From Vicinamibacteria bacterium (GTDB lineage Bacteria; Acidobacteriota; Vicinamibacteria; Marinacidobacterales; Marinacidobacteraceae), in the NCBI GenBank assembly GCA_963668695.2, contig CAXXLQ010000004.1:3040001-3104000 (forward strand): a DNA stretch of 64,000 nucleotides, given 5' to 3'. Positions 21,883-32,708 of this stretch are shown here, piece by piece. Numbering within the stretch: the stretch's first letter is position 1; each line of letters begins with the position of its first letter. A program made the position numbers and the translations under genes. The notes beneath the pieces are model-generated. The model was given only the letters and a program-made list of their open reading frames with translations. It made no database searches and was not told where the DNA came from.

Positions 21883-22653
21883 TCATTTCGTGGCGGTGTA
21901 GGCGATCACCGGCGGATTGTTGAGGAAGTCGTCCCAGAAGGGATTCCCCCGTTCGCTCGGGTCGAGAGAGACGCCGAGCCAGCGGAAATCGCGGAATCCC
22001 GCCGCTGCGAACGCTTCGGAATAGGTCTCCGGCCTCAGGAAGTAGTTTTCGAACCCGAATTGCCGGCCGTCGTGGTTCGTGAACCGGTAGTGGATGGGAG
22101 CCCCCTCGCGAAGGACGGGAGGTCCCGTCTTCTCGATGCCGTACTTCTGCAGGGAAACGGTGCCCCGCGGGGGCTTCAGCACGTTGTCGTTGAAGCCGAC
22201 GAGCCGCCCCCCGGGCCGGAGTGCCCCGTGACAGACGCCCAGGAAGCGACGGAGTTTCTCCGCGCTGCCGGCGTAGTGCAGCAGATACATCGCCACCACT
22301 AGGTCCACGAGTCCGTCCTGGCGATGGTCCGCCGCGTCGGAACAGAGGTAGCGGCATCCCAGCGGGTTGTCCCGTTCCTGCTGCTCGGCCAGCCGGATCA
22401 TCTCCGCCGAGATGTCCACTCCGGTGATCTCCCGAGCGCCGGCGATCTTCAGGAGACGCGTGTAGAAGCCCTCGCCGCAGGCGAGGTCCAGCACGGTCTG
22501 GCCGCAAACGTCTCCCAGCGCCTCGAACAGGGTGTAACGCTCGATGGTTTTCCGGAAGGGGAGCTGCTTCGAATCCTGGTAGGCGGCGGCGATCGCGTCG
22601 TACTGGGCCAAGGTCGAACGAGCATAGTCGGCCGCGGGCGGGATAATGGCCAT
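21883..22653 (-). CDS. Class I SAM-dependent methyltransferase
   Basis: VLDLACGEG, GVDISAEM, LRPGGRLV. Confidence 0.88.
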   Translation of the reverse strand: MAIIPPAADYARSTLAQYDAIAAAYQDSKQLPFRKTIERYTLFEALGDVCGQTVLDLACGEGFYTRLLKIAGAREITGVDISAEMIRLAEQQERDNPLGCRYLCSDAADHRQDGLVDLVVAMYLLHYAGSAEKLRRFLGVCHGALRPGGRLVGFNDNVLKPPRGTVSLQKYGIEKTGPPVLREGAPIHYRFTNHDGRQFGFENYFLRPETYSEAFAAAGFRDFRWLGVSLDPSERGNPFWDDFLNNPPVIAYTATK

Positions 22654-22731
22654 GGAACAACCAATGGACTGTCGCTACTGCGGTGAACTGTTCGGTTCTT
22701 GCAGCGGCAGGATTCAAGCGGAGGATCCGGC

Positions 22732-24923
22732 GTGAAATCTCTCTCAGTCCTCTTGGCGGCGTCGATGCTGCTTCTCGCACCCTCGGCGAACGCCCAGGAA
22801 GACCAGGGAGAGGCCCTCCGCAGCGCCGCCCGGGAGGGCGACCTGGGACGGATCGAAGAGTTGCTCGCCGGCGGCGCACCGGTTGATGCCCCGAACCGCT
22901 ACGGAGCGACTGCGCTCTTCTTCGCCGCCGACCGGGGGCACCTGGATGTCGTCAGGCGCCTCGCCGACGCCGGGGCCGTTCTTGACCTCTCCGACCGGTT
23001 CTACCAGATGACCGCGCTCAGCCGGGCAGCCGGTTCCGGACATCGCGAGGTGGTGCTCTTTCTCCTGGGAAGGGGCGCGGCGGGTGCGGGCACGGTCCTC
23101 CTCCAGGCGGCGCGCGGAGGTGACGAGGAGTTGCTACGCGCGGTCCTCGACAACGGGAACTTCGACGAGGATGCGTTGTCCGCCGCCCGGGAAGCCGCCG
23201 CCTCGGACGATGTGTTGGCGCTGCTCCGGGGGCGGACCGCACGCGCGGTCGCCGCACCGGAGCTGACCGAGGAGGCCCGGCGGCGACTCGCCGGCAGCTA
23301 CTGGAACGAAACCATCGAGCAGGGGGTCCTGGTCACCGCCGAGGATGGAATGCTTCGGGCGCAGCACTTCGAGCGGGATGCTGATTCCGGGAATGACCGC
23401 TTCGCCGCGCCGGCGGTGGTGCTCACCCCACGCGGGGGCCTCGCTCGTTCGTGACCGACGAGGGGGAGGATCGCTACGGGTTTGCGGGCCGCGGCGGGAT
23501 GGTCGAGAGCCTGAGCGTGGAACGGGGAGGCGAGACCGTCGCCTACCCGCCGGAGGGGGAGACGGAGGGCCGTGCTGCGGCGAGGGAGGCCGCGGAAGCC
23601 CCGGTCGAAGCGGACTTGGCCCCCGGGGATCTGGCGCCGATACGGACACGCCCGTGGCCGCAGTTCCGAGGCCCCGGCGGCTCCGGGATCGCGGATGAGC
23701 AGGGGGTGCCGCTCCGTTGGAACGCCTCTGAGGACACCGGGATCGCTTGGGAGGCGCCCCTGCCGGGGCTCGGCGTCTCGAGTCCGATCGTCTGGGGCGA
23801 CCGCGTGTTCGTGGTGGTGGCGGCGAGCCTCACGGAGGACTCGGAGTTCCGTATCGGCCTCTACGGCGACGTCGCTCCGGTTCAGAACGACAGCGAACAC
23901 CGCTGGGAACTCCGGGCGTACGACGTCTCGACCGGTGAGCCAGTCTGGACCAGGGAACTCCGCCGGGGCGTGCCCAAGACGCGTCGCCACACGAAGTCGA
24001 GCCAGGCGAACGCGACCCCGGTAACCGACGGCGAACGAATCGTCACCCTGGTCGGCAGCATGGGCGTGCTCATGTGTCACGACCTCGAAGGGAACCTGCT
24101 CTGGGAACGGGAGGTGGGCGTCCTGAACAGCGGCTGGTTCTACGACCCCGACTATCAGTGGGGGCACGCCTCCTCGCCCGTGATCCACGACGGTGCGGTG
24201 ATTGTGCTTGCCGATGTTCACGGCGAAGCTTTCCTCGGCGCCTTTGAGCTCGACACGGGCGAGCCCCGATGGCGGGCGTCCCGGAACGAGGTCTCCACCT
24301 TCTCGACCCCACTCGTTCACGAGATTCCCGGCGGTACCGAAGTCGTCGTGAACGGCACGGTGATCCGCGGTTACGACGCGGCGACCGGCGCCGAGCGCTG
24401 GCGACTCGGACCCAACTCGGAGATCCCTATCGGAGTTCCGCTGCTTGGCGACGGGCTGTTGTTCGTCCAGGCCGGTTATCCGCCCATTCGGCCCATCTAC
24501 GCGATCCGTCCCGGGTCGGAGGGAGATCTGAGCCTCGCGCCGGGCGAGGACTCGAGCGAGGCGATCGCCTGGAGCAAGAACCGGGGCGGGGTGTACATCC
24601 CCTCACCGCTCTTCTACCGCGGCGTCCTCTACCTGAACGCCAACAACGGCCGTCTCTCCGCCTACGACGGAGAGACCGGAGAGCGCCTTTACCGCGCCCG
24701 GATCGGAGGGGTAGGAGGTTCGTACGCGGCTTCGCCGATCGCGGCGGACGGCCGGCTCTACTTCACTTCGGAAGAAGGCGAAACCTTCGTGGTGCGCGCC
24801 GGGCGTGACTACGAACTCCTCGCGCGGAATAGCGTGGACCGGATCGTGATGGCCTCTCCGGCGGCGAGTGGCGGCGTGCTGGTGATTCGGGCGATCGACC
24901 GGCTCTACGGGATCGTCCGGTAG
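22732..24923 (+). CDS. Ankyrin-repeat protein plus PQQ-like propeller; two overlapping ORFs, probably one frameshifted gene
   Basis: GATALFFAADRGHLDVV ankyrin repeats with signal peptide to 23454; second ORF from 23451 lacks a signal peptide and has WPQFRGP. Confidence 0.75.
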
Positions 24924-24990
24924 CGGCCTGCGGATGCGGCGCGCCGCTTCTTCGCCTTCTACAATGTTCGGGACCCTCGGAGGTACCGCC

Positions 24991-26355
24991 GTGCGCCGCC
25001 CGTCTTCTCACTTTTTCCCTGTCCTGCTGACTGTCGGGCTGTTGCCGGCCGGGATTGTTCACGGCGAGGACTGGCCGCACTGGCGTGGTCCGACGCATGA
25101 CGGAGTCAGCGATGAAGTTGGACTCCCGGTCGAGTGGGACACCGAAAAGAGTGTCGTGTGGAAGACCGAGCTGCCCGCCTGGAGCGGGGCGACCCCGATC
25201 ATTTCCGGGGACACCATCTTTCTGAACGTCTCCATCCCCGCCGACGCCGCCGGCGTTCCGGCGAATCCCTCCGAGGGTTACGGCCGGCGGCGCGGCGGAG
25301 GGGCCGTCTCGGGCCGCGGAAACGTCGCCTACTCGGGGCATATCGAGCTTTGGGCGCTCGATCGGAACGACGGTTCGGTCCGCTGGATCCGTCACCTGAG
25401 CGACCGGGACACGCGCGGGCGGAAGCAGAACATGTCCTCGCCCTCTCCGGTCACCGACGGGGAGCACGTCTTCGTCCTCACCGGCACCGGGATCCTCAAG
25501 GCCTTCGACTTCGACGGAACGGAACTCTGGTCCCGCAACATCCCGGCGGACTACGGCGACTTCGGCCTCAACTGGGGCTACGCGAGCAGCCCGCTCCTGT
25601 TCGAGGACGGCATCTACGTGCAGGTTCTCCACGGAATGAAGACCGACGATCCGTCCTACGTTCTTCGGATTGACCACGCTTCGGGCGAAACCGTCTGGCG
25701 GATGGAGCGGCCCACGGAGGCGATCCGGGAATCTCCCGATTCCTATACGACTCCCTTCGTGCACGAGATAGGGGGGCGTTTCGAGCTCGTGATCACCGGC
25801 GGCGACGTCGTGACCGGTCACGATCTCGACACCGGCCGGGAGCGGTGGCGCTCCCGTGGGCTGAACCCGGAGAACAACGGCGCCTACCGCATCATTGCCT
25901 CTCCGGTCGTGAAGGACGGGATCATCTACGCGCCGACCCGGGTGAAACCGCTGCTCGCGCTCCGCGCCGGCGGGGAAGGGGACATCACCGATTCGCACCG
26001 CATCTGGTCGTTCGACCGGGGCCCCGATGTTCCGAGCCCGGTGACCGACGGCAAGCGCTTCTACGTGGTCACCGACAACGGAGTGATGTACGCGCTCGAT
26101 GCCAAGACCGGGGAGATTCTCCTCGGCCCGACGCGGCTGCCGTCCGGAACCTACAGCGCTTCACCCGTGCTGGCCGAGGGCCGGATCTACATCATCAACG
26201 AGGACGGGGTGGCCTCGGTAGTGCGGCTCGGTGACGACGACCTCGAGATTCTGGCGACGAACGACATGGGCGCCTATACGCTCAGTTCGATGGCGATGTC
26301 GAACGGACAGATCTTTCTGAGGACGGCGGAAGCGCTCTACTGCATCGGGCGATAG
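24991..26355 (+). CDS. PQQ-like beta-propeller protein
   Basis: Signal peptide, DWPHWRGP, repeated blades. Confidence 0.88.
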   Translation: MRRPSSHFFPVLLTVGLLPAGIVHGEDWPHWRGPTHDGVSDEVGLPVEWDTEKSVVWKTELPAWSGATPIISGDTIFLNVSIPADAAGVPANPSEGYGRRRGGGAVSGRGNVAYSGHIELWALDRNDGSVRWIRHLSDRDTRGRKQNMSSPSPVTDGEHVFVLTGTGILKAFDFDGTELWSRNIPADYGDFGLNWGYASSPLLFEDGIYVQVLHGMKTDDPSYVLRIDHASGETVWRMERPTEAIRESPDSYTTPFVHEIGGRFELVITGGDVVTGHDLDTGRERWRSRGLNPENNGAYRIIASPVVKDGIIYAPTRVKPLLALRAGGEGDITDSHRIWSFDRGPDVPSPVTDGKRFYVVTDNGVMYALDAKTGEILLGPTRLPSGTYSASPVLAEGRIYIINEDGVASVVRLGDDDLEILATNDMGAYTLSSMAMSNGQIFLRTAEALYCIGR

Positions 26356-26437
26356 GGCGGCGGAGCGAGGCCGGTATCCATCAGGACAGCGGGTCGATCT
26401 CGAGCTCCTGACCACGAACGACAGGGACCCCAACGCA

Positions 26438-26809
26438 CTGATTCGATTCGCGTTCGCCGGCGCCCTGCTGCTCACGTCGTGTAGCGGCGACGGCGGCGAC
26501 GGTAGCCCGACCGCGCCGGCGCTCCCACTCCGTGCGCAACGACTGACCGGCATTTCGGTGGTCGCCCCGCAGACTTCGATCCGGGTGGGCCAGTCGGTCG
26601 GTCCACTGGTGGTCCGGGGCACTTACGACGACGGTCCCTCGGCAACGGTCGATGCGACCTGGGCGTCCACGGATCTCGCGGTATTGACGGTGGACGAGAA
26701 CGGCGTGGTGACCGGCGTCGGCATTGGAGTGGCCAAGGTGACTGCCACCTTCGGACCGTGGACAGCGGAAGTGCTCTTCGAAGTGACCCCGGCGAGCGCC
26801 CGGACCTGA
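26438..26809 (+). CDS. Ig-like (Big_2) lipoprotein
   Basis: TWASTDLAVLTVDENGVVTGVGIG; in-frame upstream lipobox LLLTSC, with no ATG/GTG/TTG before it. Confidence 0.7.
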   Translation: MIRFAFAGALLLTSCSGDGGDGSPTAPALPLRAQRLTGISVVAPQTSIRVGQSVGPLVVRGTYDDGPSATVDATWASTDLAVLTVDENGVVTGVGIGVAKVTATFGPWTAEVLFEVTPASART

Positions 26810-26865
26810 CTGATCCGGCGGACGACTTCGGGGCGTCGCCGCCGAAGTGGCGGCGCTCGCGCCCT

Positions 26866-28788
26866 TCAGGGCGCGAGCGCCGAGCGTCGGCTCCGGGAAA
26901 GAAGGAGAAGACCAGCTGACGCTCCCAGACCCAACACGTTCGGCATGGCCAGCAATTGTTCGGGCGCGGGGGGCCAGAGAAGCAGCAGTGCAGACCCGAG
27001 CGCCATCGCCCGGAGCCCGGCTGGCAGGGGACCGAACAGCCAGCCGACGATCCCGGCGGACAACAGCAAGACCACCGCACCTCCGAGCAGGAACGCCACC
27101 ACAGCCCCGGGAATTCCCCGTCCGCCGTCCAGAATCAGGAGCAGTTCGGGACGGAAGACGAAGAAATAGGGCAGGGCAAAACCAGCCAGCGCGAATCGGA
27201 AAGCGGTAAGCGCCACGGGCATGATCGGAGTGTTCGCAATGCTGGCGGTGGTGTAGGCGGCGAGCGCGACCGGCGGCGTCACCATGGACATCATCCCGAA
27301 GTAGAAGATGAAGAAGTGGACCGACAGGGGAGGGACGCCGAGTTGGCCGATCACCGGGCCGATCAGGATGGCCATCAGGAGGTAGCAGACGGCGGAAGGC
27401 AACCCCATACCCAGGACCACCGAGCCCACCATGATGAGGAGGAGCGCCGGGAGCAGTCCTTCGCCAGCGACGGACAGAACAAGAGCCGGAAAACGCGTGC
27501 CGAGGCCCGTGAGGGTGACCATCCCGAGAATGATCCCGACTGCCCCCGCGGCCGCTACGAGCGGCGCCGCACCTTCCGCGATGCGGCCGAGGGACGCCCA
27601 GAGTTTCGAGAAATCGGGCCGCGTGCTCGGGTGGAACAGCGACGCGAACACGACGATCAACAGGGCCACGCTGACCGCGCGGAACACGGTTCGGCCCGCG
27701 ATGAGGGCCGCTACGAGCGAAACGAGCCCGACCCCGAACACGATGCCCGCCTGGAAGGGGACCGCGCCGCCCCCCTCGTCCGCGACGCTCTCGCGGGGAG
27801 TGGTCACGAGATGCCGCCGGGCGTGCAGGTGGACCATGGAGAGGAGCGCCACGTAGTAGAGGAGCGCCGGAAGGATCGCGGCTTGCACCACCTGGAGGTA
27901 GCTGACCGGTGGGTCGACCAGCTCGAGCATCATGTAGGCTGCGGCTCCCATGACCGGGGGAACGAGCGCCGCTCCCGAACTCGCCGCCGCGGTGATGCCG
28001 GCCGCGGTCCGGGCGGTGAACCCGGTGCTTCGCATCAGGGGAATGGTCACCGTGCCGGTGGTGGCGGCGTCGGCGACGGCGCTTCCGGAGAGCGACCCCA
28101 TCATCGCGCTAGCGATCACCGAGACCTTTGCGGCTCCCCCGACGGTGCCCAGGAAGAGGCGCCGCGCCGAGGTCGTGATGAAGCGAATGGCTCCCGTCTC
28201 CTGCAAGACCGCGCCGAAGACCACGAACAGGAAGACGTAGGAGAACATGACCTTCATCGCGATTCCGAAGACTCCCTGGCTCTGCAAGAAGCCCTGGGAA
28301 GCAATTCGCGCGAGGGAGTAGCCCCGGTGAGGAAAGAGGAACTCGGGGAGATGAGGGCCCACGACGGCGTACGCCAGGAACAGTCCGGCAAGGATGGGCA
28401 GGGCGGGCCCGATCACTCGCGCCGTGGCGGCGAGCACGCCGACGAGGCCGAGAAGGCCCAGCGCGCTATCGAGCCCGGTTTCGCCGCCGGCGCGGTCGCC
28501 AAGCGTCGTAGGACCGAAACCGCTCCAGTAAAGAACGAAGGCGCAACTCGCCGCCGCCGCGGCGAGGCCGAACAGGTCGGTGCTCCGGCGCCACCAACCG
28601 TCGCCCGGTTTCATCCGGATCAGAAAGCAAAGCGGCAGCCCGAAGAGGGCGAAAGCCGCGAGTTGGGCTTGGGGCGAGAGCCCGGGGCGGTTGACCTCGA
28701 CCAGCACGAAACCGGTCAGCAAGAGGGTGAGGACGCGAATGGCGACCTCGCGCGCGCCGAAGCCCGCCCGCGGTTTCGGCTCAGTCAC
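26866..28788 (-). CDS. TRAP transporter fused 4TM/12TM permease (TAXI type)
   Basis: GSLSGSAVA, PPVMGAAA, LGMGLP, TPPVALAA. Confidence 0.93.
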   Translation of the reverse strand: MTEPKPRAGFGAREVAIRVLTLLLTGFVLVEVNRPGLSPQAQLAAFALFGLPLCFLIRMKPGDGWWRRSTDLFGLAAAAASCAFVLYWSGFGPTTLGDRAGGETGLDSALGLLGLVGVLAATARVIGPALPILAGLFLAYAVVGPHLPEFLFPHRGYSLARIASQGFLQSQGVFGIAMKVMFSYVFLFVVFGAVLQETGAIRFITTSARRLFLGTVGGAAKVSVIASAMMGSLSGSAVADAATTGTVTIPLMRSTGFTARTAAGITAAASSGAALVPPVMGAAAYMMLELVDPPVSYLQVVQAAILPALLYYVALLSMVHLHARRHLVTTPRESVADEGGGAVPFQAGIVFGVGLVSLVAALIAGRTVFRAVSVALLIVVFASLFHPSTRPDFSKLWASLGRIAEGAAPLVAAAGAVGIILGMVTLTGLGTRFPALVLSVAGEGLLPALLLIMVGSVVLGMGLPSAVCYLLMAILIGPVIGQLGVPPLSVHFFIFYFGMMSMVTPPVALAAYTTASIANTPIMPVALTAFRFALAGFALPYFFVFRPELLLILDGGRGIPGAVVAFLLGGAVVLLLSAGIVGWLFGPLPAGLRAMALGSALLLLWPPAPEQLLAMPNVLGLGASAGLLLLSRSRRSALAP

Positions 28789-28810
28789 CGCGGGGAACCA
28801 GGACGGCAGT

Positions 28811-28878
28811 CAGGACTTGGCAGGACTTGGCAGGACTTGGCAGGCAGGACTTGGCAGGCAGGACTTGGCAGGACTTGG
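28811..28878. repeat. Tandem repeat of CAGGACTTGG (six copies, two extra CAGG)
   Basis: Read directly in the intergenic gap. Confidence 0.92.
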
Positions 28879-28888
28879 GACGCGCTTT

Positions 28889-29881
28889 TCAGCGGTCCGA
28901 GTCCGGTTCCGGCCAGATCCCGGCTTCTCGATAGAACCGCACCGCGCCCGGATGGAAGGGGACGCCGGTATCGCGGGAAACGTTGTTTTCGTTGATGGCC
29001 CGTCCGGCGGGGTGTTTTTCGACCACCGATTCGCGCCGTTCCCACAGCGTCCGCGTCACCTGGTAGATGGTTTCTTCATCGGCATCCGCCCGGGTAATGA
29101 CGTGCATGGAGCCAACGTCGAGGCCCAGATAGTCCTCGTCCTGCCCCCGGTAGGTCCCGGCCGGAATCACCGCCTCCCGGTAGAACGGATACTGCTCGGA
29201 AAGCTGGCTGCGGATCTCCGGATCCAGCGGGACGAGCAGCGATTCCATCCCCGCGGTCGCCTGCACGATCGATGCGGTGGGAATCGCACCTCCCAGGAAA
29301 GCCGCCACCGCGGAGTCGTCGCTCAGCATGTCCACGGCGCCCGCCTGGGTGTTGTAGAGCGGGATGAAGTCCTCGTAGGTAACGCCGTGCGCCTCCACGA
29401 TCGGCCGGATGAAGTGCTCGAAGCCGGCGCCGGCCACCCCGACCACGACCCTGTTTCCCGCGAGATCCTGAATGCGGTTGATCTCGTGCCGGCGCGGCGA
29501 AACGAAGGTTGCCACGTTGGGCGCCAGGGTCATGACCGCCTGAACCGGATAGGCCCGGCCCCAGCCGTCCTCGCCGCGTGCCGCGAAGTAGGTGACGGCC
29601 GCGTTCGAGATCGCGATATCCAGTTCCCCCGAAGCCAGCCGGCGGATGTTCTCACCCGAACCCTTGGTCGCTTCCGCGGTGACGCGGAGACCGGACTCTC
29701 CGAGGACCTCGGCGAGCGCCCCGCCCACGACAAAGAACGCACCGCCCGGCGGTGCGGTGCCCAGACTCAGGAATCGCGGTGGGGGGTCGCCACCGTTCCC
29801 GCACCCATGCAGAACCAGCAGCAGGAGAAAACACGGGACCGGGGCGCGGAGACTGCCCGCGCCGAGGTAGCGGGAACGCAC
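28889..29881 (-). CDS. TAXI family TRAP solute-binding lipoprotein
   Basis: GTAPPGGAFF, TKGSGENI, PFHPGAVRFYRE; lipobox LHGC; start uncertain. Confidence 0.9.
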   Translation of the reverse strand: MRSRYLGAGSLRAPVPCFLLLLVLHGCGNGGDPPPRFLSLGTAPPGGAFFVVGGALAEVLGESGLRVTAEATKGSGENIRRLASGELDIAISNAAVTYFAARGEDGWGRAYPVQAVMTLAPNVATFVSPRRHEINRIQDLAGNRVVVGVAGAGFEHFIRPIVEAHGVTYEDFIPLYNTQAGAVDMLSDDSAVAAFLGGAIPTASIVQATAGMESLLVPLDPEIRSQLSEQYPFYREAVIPAGTYRGQDEDYLGLDVGSMHVITRADADEETIYQVTRTLWERRESVVEKHPAGRAINENNVSRDTGVPFHPGAVRFYREAGIWPEPDSDR

Positions 29882-29891
29882 TGGGTATCGA

Positions 29892-30494
29892 CTATCGCGA
29901 CAGGGCAGCCAGAGGGCCGGACAGTGCCTCCGCCAGGTCATCCAGAGTGTCGAACCCTCCGGGCGCGCCGCCGGATTCCGAAAGGGCGAACCCCGGGAGG
30001 ATCCGTTCCATGCCGTCGTCATCGGTCCTGAGGTGCCTTTTCCCGGCCTCCCCGGCTGTCACCCGGGAAAGCCGCCCGCTCTCTCCACTCAGGAAGACAA
30101 GCGCGCGTTCGCCCATCATGAACTGGGCGGAATGAGTCGCGATCATTCGCGTGTCACCGACCGTTCCGCCAGGAATGCGGAAGCGGACCAGGTTCCGGGC
30201 CGCGCCCTTGAAATTGCGCTCCGTGCGGAGGGTCACGGTGGTGAAGATCTCGCGGCGGTCAGCTGTCCAGGCCGACCGCATGTCCAGCACTTCTCCGGCA
30301 ACGATGGTGTCCGAGCGGTCGACCAGTTCAGAGAGCGCCGGCCATGCATACGGATTCCGGAAGGGCTCCGGCTCAGGCGTCCGGCCGCGCTGCGCCGGGG
30401 CGGGAAGCGCCGAGAACAGAACCCCTGCGGAAACGAGGACTGCGAAGGCGGCGGTACGTCCGGCCCACGCTTGGTGCTTGTGAATACCGCGCAT
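29892..30494 (-). CDS. Secreted hypothetical protein
   Basis: Signal peptide; ELVDRSDTIVAGEV...IPGGTVGD. Confidence 0.65.
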   Translation of the reverse strand: MRGIHKHQAWAGRTAAFAVLVSAGVLFSALPAPAQRGRTPEPEPFRNPYAWPALSELVDRSDTIVAGEVLDMRSAWTADRREIFTTVTLRTERNFKGAARNLVRFRIPGGTVGDTRMIATHSAQFMMGERALVFLSGESGRLSRVTAGEAGKRHLRTDDDGMERILPGFALSESGGAPGGFDTLDDLAEALSGPLAALSR

Positions 30495-30621
30495 GCCTCT
30501 AGCATACCCACACGGTTCCGGCGCGCGCCAGCAGAGATGCCGGCGATTGGGATTCGGACTTCCGGTGGGCCGCCCCCACGGAGCGGAAAGGTGTCAAGAT
30601 TTCGGTGGCCGACCGTTCGTC

Positions 30622-31752
30622 ATGCAGTCCGAAGTCCTCGTCACCCGCGCAGCTCTTGACAGTAGCCGCCCCGCGCGCAGGCCGGCAGCCGCCTCGATGG
30701 TGATCGCGCTGGCGCTGGCCGGAGTACTCATCCCCGGTGGAGACGCACTCGGTTACCGGTTTTTCTGGCGGACTGCGGACGATCCCGCCGTCCCGGTCGC
30801 GGCCGAAGGATTGCGCTGGGACCCGGCAATCTGGGGTCCGGGGAGAACACTCCGGTGGGTCATCGCCGATTCGCCGGGATGGACGGAGTCCTGGGAGGAC
30901 CGAGGGGAAACCCAGGACCCCCCGTTCACGAGCCGGGAGGAGGTGGTCCCCTTCGTTCGCAAGGCGTTTGACGCCTGGTCTTCGCTCGCGAGCACCGACA
31001 TCGAATGGTCGGTTGCCGGGCTGGGGGGGGAACACCACGCGGAACGCGATCACGTCAACGCCGTCCGCATGCACCCGCTGGGCCTTCGCGCGTCCTATGT
31101 CGACATCTGGGAGGTGAACGGCGAGATCGTGGAGTGCGACGTGTCTCTGACTCCGGCGCACACCGAGGATCCGGACGGAACCGGACTCGAGGTGCTCATC
31201 CACGAGTTGGGGCACTGCATCGGCCTCGCGCATTCCGCGATGTTCCCGACCTGGGACACCTGGCCCTACCGGTACGGCTTCCAGCCGGCGCTCTGGGACA
31301 CGGATCCGGTCATGTCCTACGGATACCTGCCGGAGCCGGGATTGACCGCGGACGATGTTGCGGGGGCTTCATTGCTGCGGCCTTCCCGCGGCTGGCTGGA
31401 GCGGGTGGGAAGCATCACCGGTCGCGTGACCATGGCCGACCGAGCCGCCCGCTACGTTCCGGTTTTCGCGATGCAGATTTTGGGCGAAGAGCTCGTCGCC
31501 TCCGCGGGAGCGTTCACGAACGGCGAGGGGTCCTTCGCGATTGAAGGGTTGCCGCCCGGCGACTACCTGCTGGCGGCCGGCACGATGGGTGACATCAGCG
31601 GAAATACCTCGCTCGTGGACCGGGGCGCCACCCTCGGTTCGACCGATCAGTACTTGCTGGATCCGGTGCGGGTGGCCGCCGGAGCGGAAACCAGAGTTCC
31701 AGCGATCCGGCTGCGCGACGGGCGGGAGGCATCCCCTTGGAGAAGCGAATGA
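30622..31752 (+). CDS. Matrixin-like (M10) zinc metalloprotease
   Basis: HELGHCIGLAH, Met-turn PVMSY, C-terminal FAIEGLPPGDY domain. Confidence 0.87.
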   Translation: MQSEVLVTRAALDSSRPARRPAAASMVIALALAGVLIPGGDALGYRFFWRTADDPAVPVAAEGLRWDPAIWGPGRTLRWVIADSPGWTESWEDRGETQDPPFTSREEVVPFVRKAFDAWSSLASTDIEWSVAGLGGEHHAERDHVNAVRMHPLGLRASYVDIWEVNGEIVECDVSLTPAHTEDPDGTGLEVLIHELGHCIGLAHSAMFPTWDTWPYRYGFQPALWDTDPVMSYGYLPEPGLTADDVAGASLLRPSRGWLERVGSITGRVTMADRAARYVPVFAMQILGEELVASAGAFTNGEGSFAIEGLPPGDYLLAAGTMGDISGNTSLVDRGATLGSTDQYLLDPVRVAAGAETRVPAIRLRDGREASPWRSE

Positions 31753-32597
31753 CCCGGCGGGTGTTACTCGCGACCGCCGCGGCGGCCGCGCCCGGATTGT
31801 TCGCGTGCGGTGGGGACGACAGCTCCCGTCCCACTGCGCCACCAGCGCCCGCTCCGCCCCCGCCTCCCGCATTCGCCGTTTCTTTCGCGGAGAACGATCT
31901 CGAGGTCCGTGAAGGAGAGACCCTCGCCGTCAAGGTGCTCTACGAGGTCCGGGAACTCACCGCTCCGGTGCAGGTGCGGCTCAGCGCCGCTCACGACAGC
32001 GCCTCGGAAGCCGACTACGAACTCTTGGCAGACAGCGTCTCCATTCCTGCGGGGCAGGATCTTGCCGGAGACGCGGTCGTCGAACTCGCCGCCCTCACCG
32101 ATCTCCTCTTCACGGAGGGCGCCGAAACCTTGCCGCTCAGTTTCGTCCCGCCGGCCGGTCAGGCCGTTCTCGGCGATCCGGTCGAGATCGCGATCATCGA
32201 GGCCGGCGCGTCACCCTGTCCGGGGGTGATGCTGATTGGGCTGCCGTGGAGCGAGGAGGAGTCGGCCGACGAGGATATGCCGAACATGCTCGCCACCACC
32301 CTGAGCATCGAGCTCGGGCCCGGCAGCGCCGGAACGCGGGTGGACCTCCTGGGTCCTTACTTCGACCTCGGCACGTACGGCCGGATCGCTGAGTCCGTGT
32401 CGGCGTTCGGCATCAATCGGTGGGGCCTGCGTTCCCGGCCGGGCGCCCTCGTCCACGAACTCGACGTCAATTGGTCTGGGGAAGACTGGTTCGAGGAAGA
32501 AGCGGAAGCGCGCCTGGAACTGGGCTTTGCGGGCGGCGCCTGTTCCGGCGAGCCGGTCGCATCCTGCACCAGCGCAGGCTGCGAAATCATTCCGTAG
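31749..32597 (+). CDS. Hypothetical lipoprotein, Calx-beta/Ig-like
   Basis: MTRRVLL...LFAC; Pro linker; EADYEL, DLLFTEGAETL; ATGA overlap with the protease. Confidence 0.6.
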   Translation: MTRRVLLATAAAAAPGLFACGGDDSSRPTAPPAPAPPPPPAFAVSFAENDLEVREGETLAVKVLYEVRELTAPVQVRLSAAHDSASEADYELLADSVSIPAGQDLAGDAVVELAALTDLLFTEGAETLPLSFVPPAGQAVLGDPVEIAIIEAGASPCPGVMLIGLPWSEEESADEDMPNMLATTLSIELGPGSAGTRVDLLGPYFDLGTYGRIAESVSAFGINRWGLRSRPGALVHELDVNWSGEDWFEEEAEARLELGFAGGACSGEPVASCTSAGCEIIP

Positions 32598-32620
32598 GGG
32601 CGGATCTGGGCCAGCGCTAC

Positions 32621-32708
32621 CTGGCAGCCGGTGGTGAAACCCAGGCGGCCCGGTTCTCCCGGTGGGGGCTCCTCCCTCACGCGCCTTGTCAGCCGGGCAG
32701 GCTGCTAG
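32621..32708. mobile_element. MITE-like element, copy 2 (internally deleted)
   Basis: CTGGCAGCCGGTGG...CAGGCTGCTAG with core CGCGCCTTGTCAGCCGGGC. Confidence 0.72.

Noticed and set aside
23452-23454. Selenocysteine readthrough at the ankyrin ORF TGA
   Set aside because: The downstream ORF is in a different frame and there is no redox motif.
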